From the IMG/VR virus record IMGVR_UViG_3300029999_000001, positions 3,557 through 67,556 of that record: 64,000 nt of DNA. One strand, written 5' to 3'. Made by a program: the position numbers and the translations under genes. The notes under the pieces are model-generated. The model did not search any database, was not told where the DNA came from, and worked only from the letters and a program-made list of their open reading frames with translations. Source of the stretch: a virus. Below, piece by piece: positions 43,347 to 52,574 of this stretch (position 1 is its first letter; each line of letters opens with the position of its first letter).

Positions 43347-45254
43347 GTGGGCTTCGGGACGCCGTACCTGATCGGCCACAGCACAGCCGGGTCAGGTCAG
43401 ACGCAGACCATCACCGCCGGCACGGCCACCAGCCCCGGCGACGCGATCATCGTCGCGCATTCGAGCTCGTCGACGAGCGGCGCGACGATCAGCAGCATGT
43501 CCGATTCGGCGGGCAACTCCTACAGCCGGATCATCCCCGCCGCGAACACGACCAACGAGTTCGGGGACCTGTGGGCGGCGCTGCCGCAGAACAACGGCGG
43601 CACCACCGCCGCGCTGACCACCAGTAACACGATCACCGTCAACTGGTCGACGTCGACCGGGGAGAAGCTCAGCGTCGCCGCCGGCGTCCCCGGCGTCAAC
43701 GTCACCTCGGCGGTGGACCAGGACCCGGCCCCAGGGCACGGCACCAGCACGTCGCCGACGGTCAGCACCAGCACGCTCGCCCAGTCCACTGAGATGGCGA
43801 TCGGTGTCCTGAACAACCCGGACACCGATGCGCCGAGCAGTGTCAACCTGACCCAGCTGACACAGCAGCAGTCCGCCACCAGCCCTTATGTGACGATCTG
43901 CTACGAGCAGACCAGCTCCACCACTGCGGTGACGTTCGGCGGTACGCTTCCCGCGAGCCTGAACTGGTGCGCGATGCTGGTCACACTGCTGCCCGCCGCG
44001 CCTGCCGTGACAGCGGCGGCACCTGCGCAGGTGCCGCCCCCGCGGCCGCGGGGCTCGAGCCGGGCGGTCATCCGCGGTCTCACTGTCGCCCCGCTCATCG
44101 CCGCTGCGCTGACCGGCGGCCACGCCTATCAGCGGGCCAGCCCGCCGCATCGCCTGGTGTGGCACGGCACGACCGTGACGACGGTCAACGTGAGCGGGCC
44201 GTCGGGGACGGTCCAGCCCCGCGCCACGATCCCTGTCCCGCGCCGGGCCGCGGCACGGGCGGTGTGGGCGCGGGAGACCGGGCCGGGGAACGCGCACGGC
44301 CCGTCAGGCATCCCGCCGCTCCCGCATCCTCAGCCACGCCGGCAGCCGGCGCGGGCAGTATGGCGGGGGACCGTCACCCGGGGCAGTAACGCCACCACGA
44401 TCGGCACGCCTGCACTGGTGTTCCCGCGGCAGCAGCCGCGGCGGCAGCCATCCCGGGCGGTGTGGCACGGCACCATCACCGCGGGCAGTAACGCTGCGGC
44501 GATCGGCACGCCTGCGGTGATACGGCCACCTGCCCCGCTGCGGCGGCAGCCGGCGCGGGCCCTGTGGCGGGGGATGACCGCTGCCGTACAGCACGGGGTT
44601 CCCGGCACCGGGAAGCTGCCGGCGGCCCGGCGCATCCCGGGCCGGGCGGTCTGGCGGGGGACGCTCACCCCCGGCACGGTCGCACCGGGCCCCGCACCGC
44701 GGCAGCGGCCACCCATCCCGCGCCGCACCCCCGTACGGGCTGTGTGGACCGGTATCCGTACGGCCACGGTCAACGCCCTGCCGGTTGCTGTCCCGCCACC
44801 AGCCCAGCGGCCCGCCATCCCGCGCCGCACCACTGCGCGGGCTGTGTGGGCGGGGACGATCACGCCGGGCACGCTGCGGGCGCCCGGGATAACCACGATC
44901 ACCGTCACCGGCACCTGCCTGGACTACCGGGGTGCCCCACTGCCAGGGCCGGTGGTGTTCGACCCGGGCGGGGTGATCATCGACGCGGCCGGCCGGGTGA
45001 TCCTGGGAGGCCCGGTCACCGTGCCCCTCTCCACGGCGGGAACGTTTTCGGTGGTCCTGCCATGCACCGACAACGCTGGTCTCAGCCCGGCCGGATGGCA
45101 GTACACGGTCAGCATCACGCTCACCGTCCCAGCAGCGGCCTGGACCCCGGCGACGCTGGTCCAGGACCTGCCGGTTCCCGTGCCGCCCGCCTCGTTCCGG
45201 ACCGGGCTGCCGTCCGCCCTCGGCCCGGCCACCGACCTCAGCGCACTCGTCTAA
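43347..45254 (+). CDS. Virion-like protein: beta domain, RRxPARAVWxG repeats, shared adaptor-like module
   Basis: Ser/Thr-rich N-domain; about nine Arg/Pro/Trp repeats; C-terminus homologous to the N-termini of 36521 and 45267. Confidence 0.75.
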   Translation: MGFGTPYLIGHSTAGSGQTQTITAGTATSPGDAIIVAHSSSSTSGATISSMSDSAGNSYSRIIPAANTTNEFGDLWAALPQNNGGTTAALTTSNTITVNWSTSTGEKLSVAAGVPGVNVTSAVDQDPAPGHGTSTSPTVSTSTLAQSTEMAIGVLNNPDTDAPSSVNLTQLTQQQSATSPYVTICYEQTSSTTAVTFGGTLPASLNWCAMLVTLLPAAPAVTAAAPAQVPPPRPRGSSRAVIRGLTVAPLIAAALTGGHAYQRASPPHRLVWHGTTVTTVNVSGPSGTVQPRATIPVPRRAAARAVWARETGPGNAHGPSGIPPLPHPQPRRQPARAVWRGTVTRGSNATTIGTPALVFPRQQPRRQPSRAVWHGTITAGSNAAAIGTPAVIRPPAPLRRQPARALWRGMTAAVQHGVPGTGKLPAARRIPGRAVWRGTLTPGTVAPGPAPRQRPPIPRRTPVRAVWTGIRTATVNALPVAVPPPAQRPAIPRRTTARAVWAGTITPGTLRAPGITTITVTGTCLDYRGAPLPGPVVFDPGGVIIDAAGRVILGGPVTVPLSTAGTFSVVLPCTDNAGLSPAGWQYTVSITLTVPAAAWTPATLVQDLPVPVPPASFRTGLPSALGPATDLSALV

Positions 45255-45266
45255 GGGAGGCCGGTC

Positions 45267-47384
45267 ATGCCGCTGCCCGGCGACCTGAACCTGATCACCG
45301 TCACCGGCACCTACCTGGACATGCAAGGCAACCCGCTGTCCGGGTCGGTCACCTTCACCCCGTCAACCGCGCCGCTCGCCGACACGACAGGGGAGGTGAC
45401 TCTCGCCGGGATCCCGGTCGCCGCCAGTCTGACGGCTGAAGGCACGATCAGCGTCGTACTGCCGTGCACCGACCAGATGCCCGCCGCCGGCTACTGGGTG
45501 TGGCAGGTCACCGAAAACATCACCGGCAGCCCGGCCCGCACCTACGGCATCGCCCTCCCGCATTCGCTCGGCTCCACCGTGGACCTGTCCACGCTGGCGC
45601 CTGTGACCCCGCCGGCCGCGTTCGCGTCACCGAACGTCTGGGCAGCCACCCAGACGTTCGGCGGGACCCCTGCGATCGTCGTGCCCGCAGGCGCCGGAAA
45701 CGGGTACATCTGGACGTCCGACGCTGACGGCAACGGCTCCTGGCAGCCAGCAGCCCCGCTGGCATGGGTCAACGTCAAATCCTATGGGGCCACCGGGAAC
45801 GGGGTCACCGACGACTCAGCCGCGATCCAGGACGCCATCAACGCAGCCAGCGCCGTCAGCGGGACGGTTTACTTCCCGGCCGGAACCTACTACTCGGCGG
45901 GCACCGCCCTGACGGTCACCGCGCCGATCCGGCTCACCGGCACCTCCGCCTCAGTGCTCTTGTTCGCCAGCTCCGGCGGCATCAACTTCAGTAACACCTA
46001 CATTTCCGCCGGCAGTTTCAACAACGGCGGCACGGTGGGCCTGGAAATCGATCACCTGGTGTTCGACGTGACCGGCGGGGACATCTTCTACAACTGCAAC
46101 TGGAACAACTTCAGCCTGCATGACCTGCGGCTGATCCAGCGCAGCGCCGGGCATGCGGTGTGGTCCTGCTCGGGCAGCGTCAGCCTGCTCGCCGGGCTCG
46201 TGTCCAACGTTGTCTCCAACGTCGCCGGGACAGGCCGGACGGTCCCCGGCTGGAACCTGGTCTCGTCCATCGGCGGCGGCATCGCCCTGCTGACCTTCCT
46301 CAACTGCCACTTCGGGAACCTCAGCCACGACAATGCCCAGCCTGCCGTGTGGATCGAATGCAACGGCACCCACAACTACACCGCGAGCATCAAATGGGTG
46401 GGCTGCACGTGGGACTCGGCTTACGGCGGGGCGGTGCACGCCCTGTCGGCCAAATACTGGTCGTTCGACACATGCGAGATCATCGACACCAGCACGTACA
46501 CCGTCGCGGCGAGCATGTTCTACCTCGGGGCCAGCACCGGCGGCTCCCAGTGGCCATCCGATCACGTCACCTTCCGGGACTGCTCCCGTGACCTGCAAGG
46601 ACCCAACGGCTCGTCCTACTGGGACATCTACTGCGAATCCACCTGCGACACCATCACCGTCGCCAGCTACGGTGTCCGCGACATTCCCGGCGTGTCAATC
46701 TTCTACCCGTACTTCAACTTCAGCGGCTGCACGAACGTTCTCATCGAGAACTGCCCGGGCGCCGTGGTCACCAGCGCTCCCAGCTCGGGGGTGACGCTCG
46801 GGCCGGGCGGGAACATCTCCTACACCGGGACGCTGGCCGGTGCGGCATTCCCGGACACGACTCTCCCGGGCGACCTCGGGTTCCAGGCGTGGACGTCCGA
46901 CCCAGCCGAAGCATCCGGTGGCGGCACGCTCGCGGTGGGCGGCACGGTCTACCTCGCCGCCATATACACGCGCGGCAGCATCACCATCAACTACCTGTAC
47001 TTCTCGCTGACCAACGCCGCTTCCGGTGCGGTCTCCGGGGAGAACTACATCGGGATCTACAGCTCATCAGGCACCCTGCTCGGCTCGGTGGAGGTGACGT
47101 CGGCTCTCGGGACCACCGACAAGATGATCAAGGCGACGCTCTCGTCGTCTCTGACCCTCAGCGCGGGCTACTACTGGGTCGCTGTCGTGTTCAACGCCTC
47201 CACCACCGAGCCGCAGCTCATGCGCGCGAACAACACCAACTTCGGTGTCTACAACGGTGAGCTCGGAACCTCATCCCTCCGGTACACGTCGAACGGGACC
47301 GGTCAGACCTCGCTGCCGTCATCGATCACCCCGTCGGGCAACAGCACGACCACCGGCATCCCGTTCTGGGCAGCGGCCGGCTAG
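45267..47384 (+). CDS. Tail spike with pectate-lyase-like beta-helix
   Basis: WVNVKSYGATGNGVTDDSAAIQDAINAA...VYFPAGTY. Confidence 0.85.
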   Translation: MPLPGDLNLITVTGTYLDMQGNPLSGSVTFTPSTAPLADTTGEVTLAGIPVAASLTAEGTISVVLPCTDQMPAAGYWVWQVTENITGSPARTYGIALPHSLGSTVDLSTLAPVTPPAAFASPNVWAATQTFGGTPAIVVPAGAGNGYIWTSDADGNGSWQPAAPLAWVNVKSYGATGNGVTDDSAAIQDAINAASAVSGTVYFPAGTYYSAGTALTVTAPIRLTGTSASVLLFASSGGINFSNTYISAGSFNNGGTVGLEIDHLVFDVTGGDIFYNCNWNNFSLHDLRLIQRSAGHAVWSCSGSVSLLAGLVSNVVSNVAGTGRTVPGWNLVSSIGGGIALLTFLNCHFGNLSHDNAQPAVWIECNGTHNYTASIKWVGCTWDSAYGGAVHALSAKYWSFDTCEIIDTSTYTVAASMFYLGASTGGSQWPSDHVTFRDCSRDLQGPNGSSYWDIYCESTCDTITVASYGVRDIPGVSIFYPYFNFSGCTNVLIENCPGAVVTSAPSSGVTLGPGGNISYTGTLAGAAFPDTTLPGDLGFQAWTSDPAEASGGGTLAVGGTVYLAAIYTRGSITINYLYFSLTNAASGAVSGENYIGIYSSSGTLLGSVEVTSALGTTDKMIKATLSSSLTLSAGYYWVAVVFNASTTEPQLMRANNTNFGVYNGELGTSSLRYTSNGTGQTSLPSSITPSGNSTTTGIPFWAAAG

Positions 47385-47400
47385 ACCCCCGTCCAGCCCT

Positions 47401-47424
47401 GCCCGCCAGCGTGCGGGCTTTTTT
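47401..47424 (+). terminator. Intrinsic terminator
   Basis: GCCCGC-6-GCGGGC plus six T. Confidence 0.75.
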
Positions 47425-47442
47425 CATGCCCAGGAGGCAAAT

Positions 47443-48300
47443 GTGACCAGTCCCGTTCGCGTCGCGGGGAAGCTTGGCGCCCGTCCTGCCGTCTTCCCGG
47501 CCGGCCTGCGTGACCTCACCCACTACGTCGCCGGGTCGCTGCCGAAGGCGCCGGCGAGCGTGCCCATCCCCGACGTGAGCGACTGGGAGATGCTCGGGAA
47601 TGACACATATGGCGACTGTGGCGTTGCGGGCTGTGAGCATCTGTTCATGGCCGACGCTGCCGACGCCAAGGAAACCGAGTCGTTCCCCAGCGACAAGCAG
47701 GCCGTCGCCTATTACCTGAAATACACGGGCGGCCAGGACAGCGGCGTCGTCCTGAGCCAGTACCTGACCTACGTCCGCGCCCACGGCTACTACGGCCACT
47801 CGGTGAAGGCATTCGCGCCCGTCTCCGTGCACGACGTGCCGGTCCTCCAGTCTGCGATTTACCTGTACGACGCCGTCTACACCGGCATCGCGGTCACGCA
47901 GGCCATGATGGACGCCTTCGGGCAGGGTGAGCCGTGGACGCTGGAAATGGCGCAGGGCGAGCCGATCGGCGGGCACTGCATCCCGCTGGTGGCCTTCGAT
48001 TCCAAGACGCTCACGGCGGTGACGTGGGGCGGCACGCAGCAGATCGAGTACGCCGCCTGGCACGCCATGAGCTCCGAAGCGTGGGCTGTCATCCCCGGCG
48101 AGCTAGCCGCTGGTGACGGGCACGGCGTGAACCTCGCTGCGCTTGAGGCCGACCTGGACCGGCTCGACGTCCCGGCGCCCGCGCCGGCCGCGCACAAGGG
48201 CCTGCTTGAGGAGTTCGCCGACGTCGTGCGCACCGTGGCCGCCTCAGCCGACCGGGACATCAGCGAGGCCGTTGCCTGGCTGGCCAGCCACGGGCTGTAG
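47443..48300 (+). CDS. Papain-like cysteine peptidase
   Basis: LGNDTYGDC (catalytic Cys context), GGHC (His), VTWG; AGGAGG RBS. Confidence 0.75.
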   Translation: MTSPVRVAGKLGARPAVFPAGLRDLTHYVAGSLPKAPASVPIPDVSDWEMLGNDTYGDCGVAGCEHLFMADAADAKETESFPSDKQAVAYYLKYTGGQDSGVVLSQYLTYVRAHGYYGHSVKAFAPVSVHDVPVLQSAIYLYDAVYTGIAVTQAMMDAFGQGEPWTLEMAQGEPIGGHCIPLVAFDSKTLTAVTWGGTQQIEYAAWHAMSSEAWAVIPGELAAGDGHGVNLAALEADLDRLDVPAPAPAAHKGLLEEFADVVRTVAASADRDISEAVAWLASHGL

Positions 48301-48309
48301 GAGGCCACC

Positions 48310-48525
48310 ATGCCCGCATCGAAGCTCGTCTACGCCTTCGGCCTGCTCCAGGCGGTCGTCGTCGCGGTCGGCGCCTACCTGTCCCAGCCGGACGACCCAA
48401 CGGGACGGCCACTGGTGATCGCGCTGATCGGGGTCGCGGTGTCAGCGGCGGTCAGTTTCCTGGCCGGCCGGAAGGTCAACACTGCGGTCGCCCGGGAAGT
48501 CAAGAAGGCGCAGGTGTTCCCGTGA
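48310..48525 (+). CDS. Holin-like two-TM protein
   Basis: 71 aa, two hydrophobic helices, basic C-terminus; follows the peptidase. Confidence 0.65.
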   Translation: MPASKLVYAFGLLQAVVVAVGAYLSQPDDPTGRPLVIALIGVAVSAAVSFLAGRKVNTAVAREVKKAQVFP

Positions 48526-48662
48526 GTGGCCCCGGCCAGTACCGGCCTCCGGGGCGGCTGCGGCTCCTGGTCATGTTCCTCGGCGAGCAGGTGTATGAGT
48601 TCCTGACCGCGCTCGGATGGCAGCCGAAGGAACAGCGCGACGAGGAGAAGCCGCCCGGCTGA
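48522..48662 (+). CDS. Small hypothetical protein (46 aa)
   Basis: GTGA overlap; MSGPGQYRPPGRLRLLVMFLG... Confidence 0.4.
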   Translation: MSGPGQYRPPGRLRLLVMFLGEQVYEFLTALGWQPKEQRDEEKPPG

Positions 48663-48772
48663 CCCTCGCCGTCAGCCTCGTCTGGGCCATCGCTGCCGTG
48701 GCCATCACGGTCACCGTGTGCGCCACGGTCATCGTCACGGCACGGATGCGGGAGCGTCATTACGTGAACTGA
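48617..48772 (+). CDS. Small single-TM protein (51 aa)
   Basis: MAAEGTARRGEAARLTLAVSLVWAIAAVAITVTVCATVIVTARMRERHYVN. Confidence 0.45.
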   Translation: MAAEGTARRGEAARLTLAVSLVWAIAAVAITVTVCATVIVTARMRERHYVN

Positions 48773-48787
48773 GCGCAGGTAAACGAA

Positions 48788-48837
48788 ACGCCCGTCCGGC
48801 TCTGGTCCTTCGGGACCGGGCCGGGCGGGCGTCTTTC
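48788..48837. terminator. Long UUCG-capped hairpin between convergent operons
   Basis: ACGCCCGTCCGGCTCTGGTCC-TTCG-GGACCGGGCCGGGCGGGCGT. Confidence 0.75.
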
Positions 48838-48944
48838 GCATGCCCAGGTTTCGCGGTCTCGCCGCTGCGGGTATCACCTATGTGACCGGGGCTGAGCGCT
48901 GGCCTTGGGGAAGGTAACTCCGGGCACACCGATCGGTGTCACTC

Positions 48945-50816
48945 TCAGAGATTACCCTCCAGGGCACCGAGAGAGTCAATCTCCCGGTCGAGTTCTTCAG
49001 TAAGCCACTGAACGGCATTCTCCTGTTCCCGTGTATCACGGGACAGTTTTCCTGATATGACGCTGACGTAATGCACGGCTATCGGGGAACCGGCGATAAG
49101 ACCCGTGATGGACGCCCACACCAGGAGTCCCGCCCAGGTGGAGGCAAGCCCCGCAAAAGCCAGGGCAAGTACCGCCACACTCCATACCACCCAGATCAGG
49201 TGGGAACGGAATGTGCGGAGACTGTCCGGGCTGGCAAGATCACCTTTCGGGGTGACCTTGTACACCAGTTTCCGGCCGGACAGGCTCGCTGCCGCCGCTG
49301 ACACATACACGGGAATTGTCATCAGCATGAGCGCCATTCCCGGCATTCCCCATTCGCGTCGCTCATGGTCTGCGAGGTTGAATTTCCGCAGCCACATGAA
49401 CAGTGCGAGACTGAACACCATGGAACTCGCCCACAGTGGCGCCCAGTAAGAGATAGGCAGTTCCAGGGACACCCGGGACACCATGTACAGGGATGTCAGG
49501 GCAATCGACAGCATCCAGGACAGCGCGGTCAGCGGGTAAAACGACTGGATCAGCGCGTACGCGAACTTGTGGGACAGTTTCGTTCTCGGCAGCACACGCG
49601 GGGAATCATGCAGGACAATCTCCCAGATGCCGTACGCCCATCGTTTCTGCTGAATGAACCAGTCAGTGAACGATGTCGGGCCCGTCCCGAGAGCTACCAC
49701 GTCAGGGGTGTACACACCCTTCCACCGGTTCCCGGTGCGGGGGTTGAACTGGGTGTACATCTCCATCGCGGTGAGGTGGTCTTCCACGATGGCGTCCTGG
49801 TAGCCGCCCATCTGCTCCCAGCAGGAAACCCGGCACAGGTGGTTCGTGCCGATGAGCAGCGGTGCGTCCAGCCCGTTGAGACCATGCTGCACGGACCCGT
49901 GGAACACGTATGCGAGCTGCGCTGAGGCGCGGGCAATCCAGGATTCTTCCACGTTCCCGTACACCTGAGGGGCAACGACGAACCCGGTGTCAGGGTCGTT
50001 GAAATATCCCAGGGTCCGGGTCAGGAAATCGGGGAACGGAACATGGTCCGGGTCCATCTGCGCCACAATGTCGTAGTCTTCACCATGCTGGTCGTGCCAC
50101 GAATTGTGGTTCCCGGCCTTGCTTTTCGTCCGGAACGGCCCGCTGGGCTGATGGTATCGTTCGATACCGTTCCGGCTGAAATGGTTCACGCCGATCCGGG
50201 CGCACATTTCCCGGACCTCAGGTGAGTTCCCCTCATCCAGCAGCCACACATCAAACGTGCCGTGCATGGCCCTCATTGCCCGGAGAGTATTTTCCACCAT
50301 TCCGGTAGGTTCTTTCCCCGGCACGATGGTGGTCATCACTGCGACCCGCAGCCCCAGTGACTTGTCGGCCCGCAAGGGGATGGGAACCCGCGCCCTGGTG
50401 GTGAAGACAGCCAGGGAAACAGAACCCACGAAGCGGGTGGCTTCCAGTGCGACCATCAGCACAAGCAGCGACACAGCAGCTGCCCCGCTGAGGGTGGCCG
50501 CTGCGACAAGCCATGCCATGAGCGCCAGGCCGGCGGCGGTGACAGTCCCCGCGAGAGCGGCAAGAATGAGGCTCTGGCCCCGGGACAGCAGTGGCCGGTA
50601 AAGCACCTTGTTCCCGCTGGTGAGGGGACCGGTGTTTGTGCTGGTCCCCTTGTACTGGTGGTCTGGGGGAAGAAAATGGTTTACTTCCCTGGGTTTGCTC
50701 TGGGCCTGCTGGATCAGGTCGAGGAACATGGCGGAGGTATCTTCCCCGACCGTGTTCCTGTCCAGCACAGACCGCGCTGACCTGCCCAGGCCCGTAGCGC
50801 TGTGGCGGCCCGTCAT
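48945..50816 (-). CDS. Processive GT2 glycosyltransferase (cellulose-synthase-like)
   Basis: LLDEG, KAGN, MDPDH (DxD), VEDH, QQKRW (QxxRW), YKVTPKG; N- and C-terminal TM helices; no PilZ-like tail. Confidence 0.92.
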   Translation of the reverse strand: MTGRHSATGLGRSARSVLDRNTVGEDTSAMFLDLIQQAQSKPREVNHFLPPDHQYKGTSTNTGPLTSGNKVLYRPLLSRGQSLILAALAGTVTAAGLALMAWLVAAATLSGAAAVSLLVLMVALEATRFVGSVSLAVFTTRARVPIPLRADKSLGLRVAVMTTIVPGKEPTGMVENTLRAMRAMHGTFDVWLLDEGNSPEVREMCARIGVNHFSRNGIERYHQPSGPFRTKSKAGNHNSWHDQHGEDYDIVAQMDPDHVPFPDFLTRTLGYFNDPDTGFVVAPQVYGNVEESWIARASAQLAYVFHGSVQHGLNGLDAPLLIGTNHLCRVSCWEQMGGYQDAIVEDHLTAMEMYTQFNPRTGNRWKGVYTPDVVALGTGPTSFTDWFIQQKRWAYGIWEIVLHDSPRVLPRTKLSHKFAYALIQSFYPLTALSWMLSIALTSLYMVSRVSLELPISYWAPLWASSMVFSLALFMWLRKFNLADHERREWGMPGMALMLMTIPVYVSAAAASLSGRKLVYKVTPKGDLASPDSLRTFRSHLIWVVWSVAVLALAFAGLASTWAGLLVWASITGLIAGSPIAVHYVSVISGKLSRDTREQENAVQWLTEELDREIDSLGALEGNL

Positions 50817-51853
50817 GCGACGTACGGTCCGGCAGGGCTGTACACCCGCACCCAGTCAACCGCCATGACCTCGTGCGGCAGTGAACCAGCAGCCGGGGTG
50901 CTGCCCACGACGCTCTGATTGACTGCGCAGTTCATGACAATGCACAGTCCCTCGCCGGGCTGGTTGTAGGGCCATTCCTGCCCGCCGAACTGGGCGCTGA
51001 TTCCCGTCTGCGCCCCGAATGCGGCATTCACCTGCGCCTGCGTGATCGTGTACTGGAGCACGCCGTCGATGTATGCGTTCAGGTGATCGGTGAAGTAGTC
51101 CAGCCGGTAGGTGTGGTAGTTCCCGTCACCCAGATTGAATGGGGTCCGGGCGGCGCCGACCTTGGTGCTCAGGTTCTGCTGTGCGGTTGCGCCCGGCCCC
51201 CATGCGGTGTTCTGGGTGAGCGCCGGGTTGCCGTCGAAAATCCCGGATTCCATCAGGTCGAACTCGTAGTAGTCGGCGGGGTATGCGCCGCCGACGGCAC
51301 CGGGGCTGGTGAACCACAGGGACGGCCACAGCCCCTCCAGCGGCATGGTTTTCGCGGAGAACTCCACCGACTGCCCTGGGAGCACGGCGACCTTGGGAGT
51401 CTTCCCGTGCGTGATGAACACCCCGTCATCGAACTGCCCGGGGCTAGCGAACGTGTCCACCCTGGGGGCGGGCCAGTATCCTGCCTGCGCGCCGAGACTG
51501 CCCGGCGCGCCGACCGTGAAGATCAGGTTCGTGTCACCGTCCTGCGCGACCAGTGCCGGGTTCGCAAGGTACTGCTCCTGGTCCCCATTTCCGAACGCTT
51601 CCGGGTTCTGCGGGCCGGATGTCGTGTTGATGACGTTCCAGTTCGCCGAGTTGGGCAGGCTCCCGGCCGGGGCAGTGAAATCATCGAAGAAGACAGTGGT
51701 CGACATCCCGGACGGGGGTGGCGTCACGGGTGGCGGGACTACCGGGGGATCCACGGTGATGGGGCCGTCGGATGTGACAGTGACGGTCATACCGTCGCTC
51801 GTTGACACCGTGACGGTCGATGCGGTGGCGGTTCCCGCAGTGGGCTGGGACAT
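50813..51853 (-). CDS. GH16 glycoside hydrolase
   Basis: FFDDF, EQY, GLWPSLW, EFDLME (ExDxxE), YHTYRLDY, VDWVRVY. Confidence 0.9.
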   Translation of the reverse strand: MSQPTAGTATASTVTVSTSDGMTVTVTSDGPITVDPPVVPPPVTPPPSGMSTTVFFDDFTAPAGSLPNSANWNVINTTSGPQNPEAFGNGDQEQYLANPALVAQDGDTNLIFTVGAPGSLGAQAGYWPAPRVDTFASPGQFDDGVFITHGKTPKVAVLPGQSVEFSAKTMPLEGLWPSLWFTSPGAVGGAYPADYYEFDLMESGIFDGNPALTQNTAWGPGATAQQNLSTKVGAARTPFNLGDGNYHTYRLDYFTDHLNAYIDGVLQYTITQAQVNAAFGAQTGISAQFGGQEWPYNQPGEGLCIVMNCAVNQSVVGSTPAAGSLPHEVMAVDWVRVYSPAGPYVA

Positions 51854-51855
51854 TC

Positions 51856-52041
51856 TTAACTGGCTCCTTCAGGTGGGGAACTTCTCTCATCGCGCCGGGA
51901 ACGGATCCGGTGCATGACGGTGACCACGCCATTGATGGCCGCGTAAACGAGCAGGGAGGCGCCCGCCCAGAGAATGACAACGGCAACAGCGAAGACACCC
52001 AGCGCGGCGAAGGCGGCGATCACGGCGAGAACACCGGTCAC
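51856..52041 (-). CDS. Small membrane protein
   Basis: Hydrophobic N-terminal 40 aa; ATGA coupling. Confidence 0.6.
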   Translation of the reverse strand: MTGVLAVIAAFAALGVFAVAVVILWAGASLLVYAAINGVVTVMHRIRSRRDERSSPPEGAS

Positions 52042-52574
52042 GGCTGCCCGGCCTCTCCGGGGGCCGCGGGCTCATGTGTCTCGGCGAACACATCAGGGCG
52101 GCACGGGTAGAACTCGTTCCGGATGCCCTTGATGATCCAGTCGCCGTCGTATACGCGAACCCAGGTGCTGTGCAGCTTGTCCAGGACCGCAGCGGTCTGG
52201 TCAGGATCTTCGCCGCGGTCTTCCGGGTCAACGGCGTAAAAGTGCCCCGTCCCCGTCAGCTCCTGAACCTCCCGGAGGTTCGCGCCGGTCCACTGGACAG
52301 CCTTTATGACCACGGGCTTCTTGCGGTAGCGCCCGGGTTCTGCGGTCGCGTCCGATTCCCCTTCCGCGTCCCCGGTGATGGCCTCACACTGGCGGGTGAT
52401 CTCCGCATCCTTCGCCTCAAGCACCGGGCCGACCACGGTCATGACCGCGGAAATCAGATCGGGGTTGATCAGAACGGGGTCATCTGCGGTGAAGCCACGC
52501 TTGAGGAACTCGCGGCAGATGCCCTGCTCAACCTCGGCGGGAGAAGCAGCGAGGAGAGGGTCCGGGCCGGTCAT
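52038..52574 (-). CDS. Phage protein with YRKKPVVIxAVQW domain
   Basis: YRKKPVVIKAVQWTG...GDWIIKG..NEFYPCRPDVF, a widespread phage family pattern. Confidence 0.75.
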   Translation of the reverse strand: MTGPDPLLAASPAEVEQGICREFLKRGFTADDPVLINPDLISAVMTVVGPVLEAKDAEITRQCEAITGDAEGESDATAEPGRYRKKPVVIKAVQWTGANLREVQELTGTGHFYAVDPEDRGEDPDQTAAVLDKLHSTWVRVYDGDWIIKGIRNEFYPCRPDVFAETHEPAAPGEAGQP

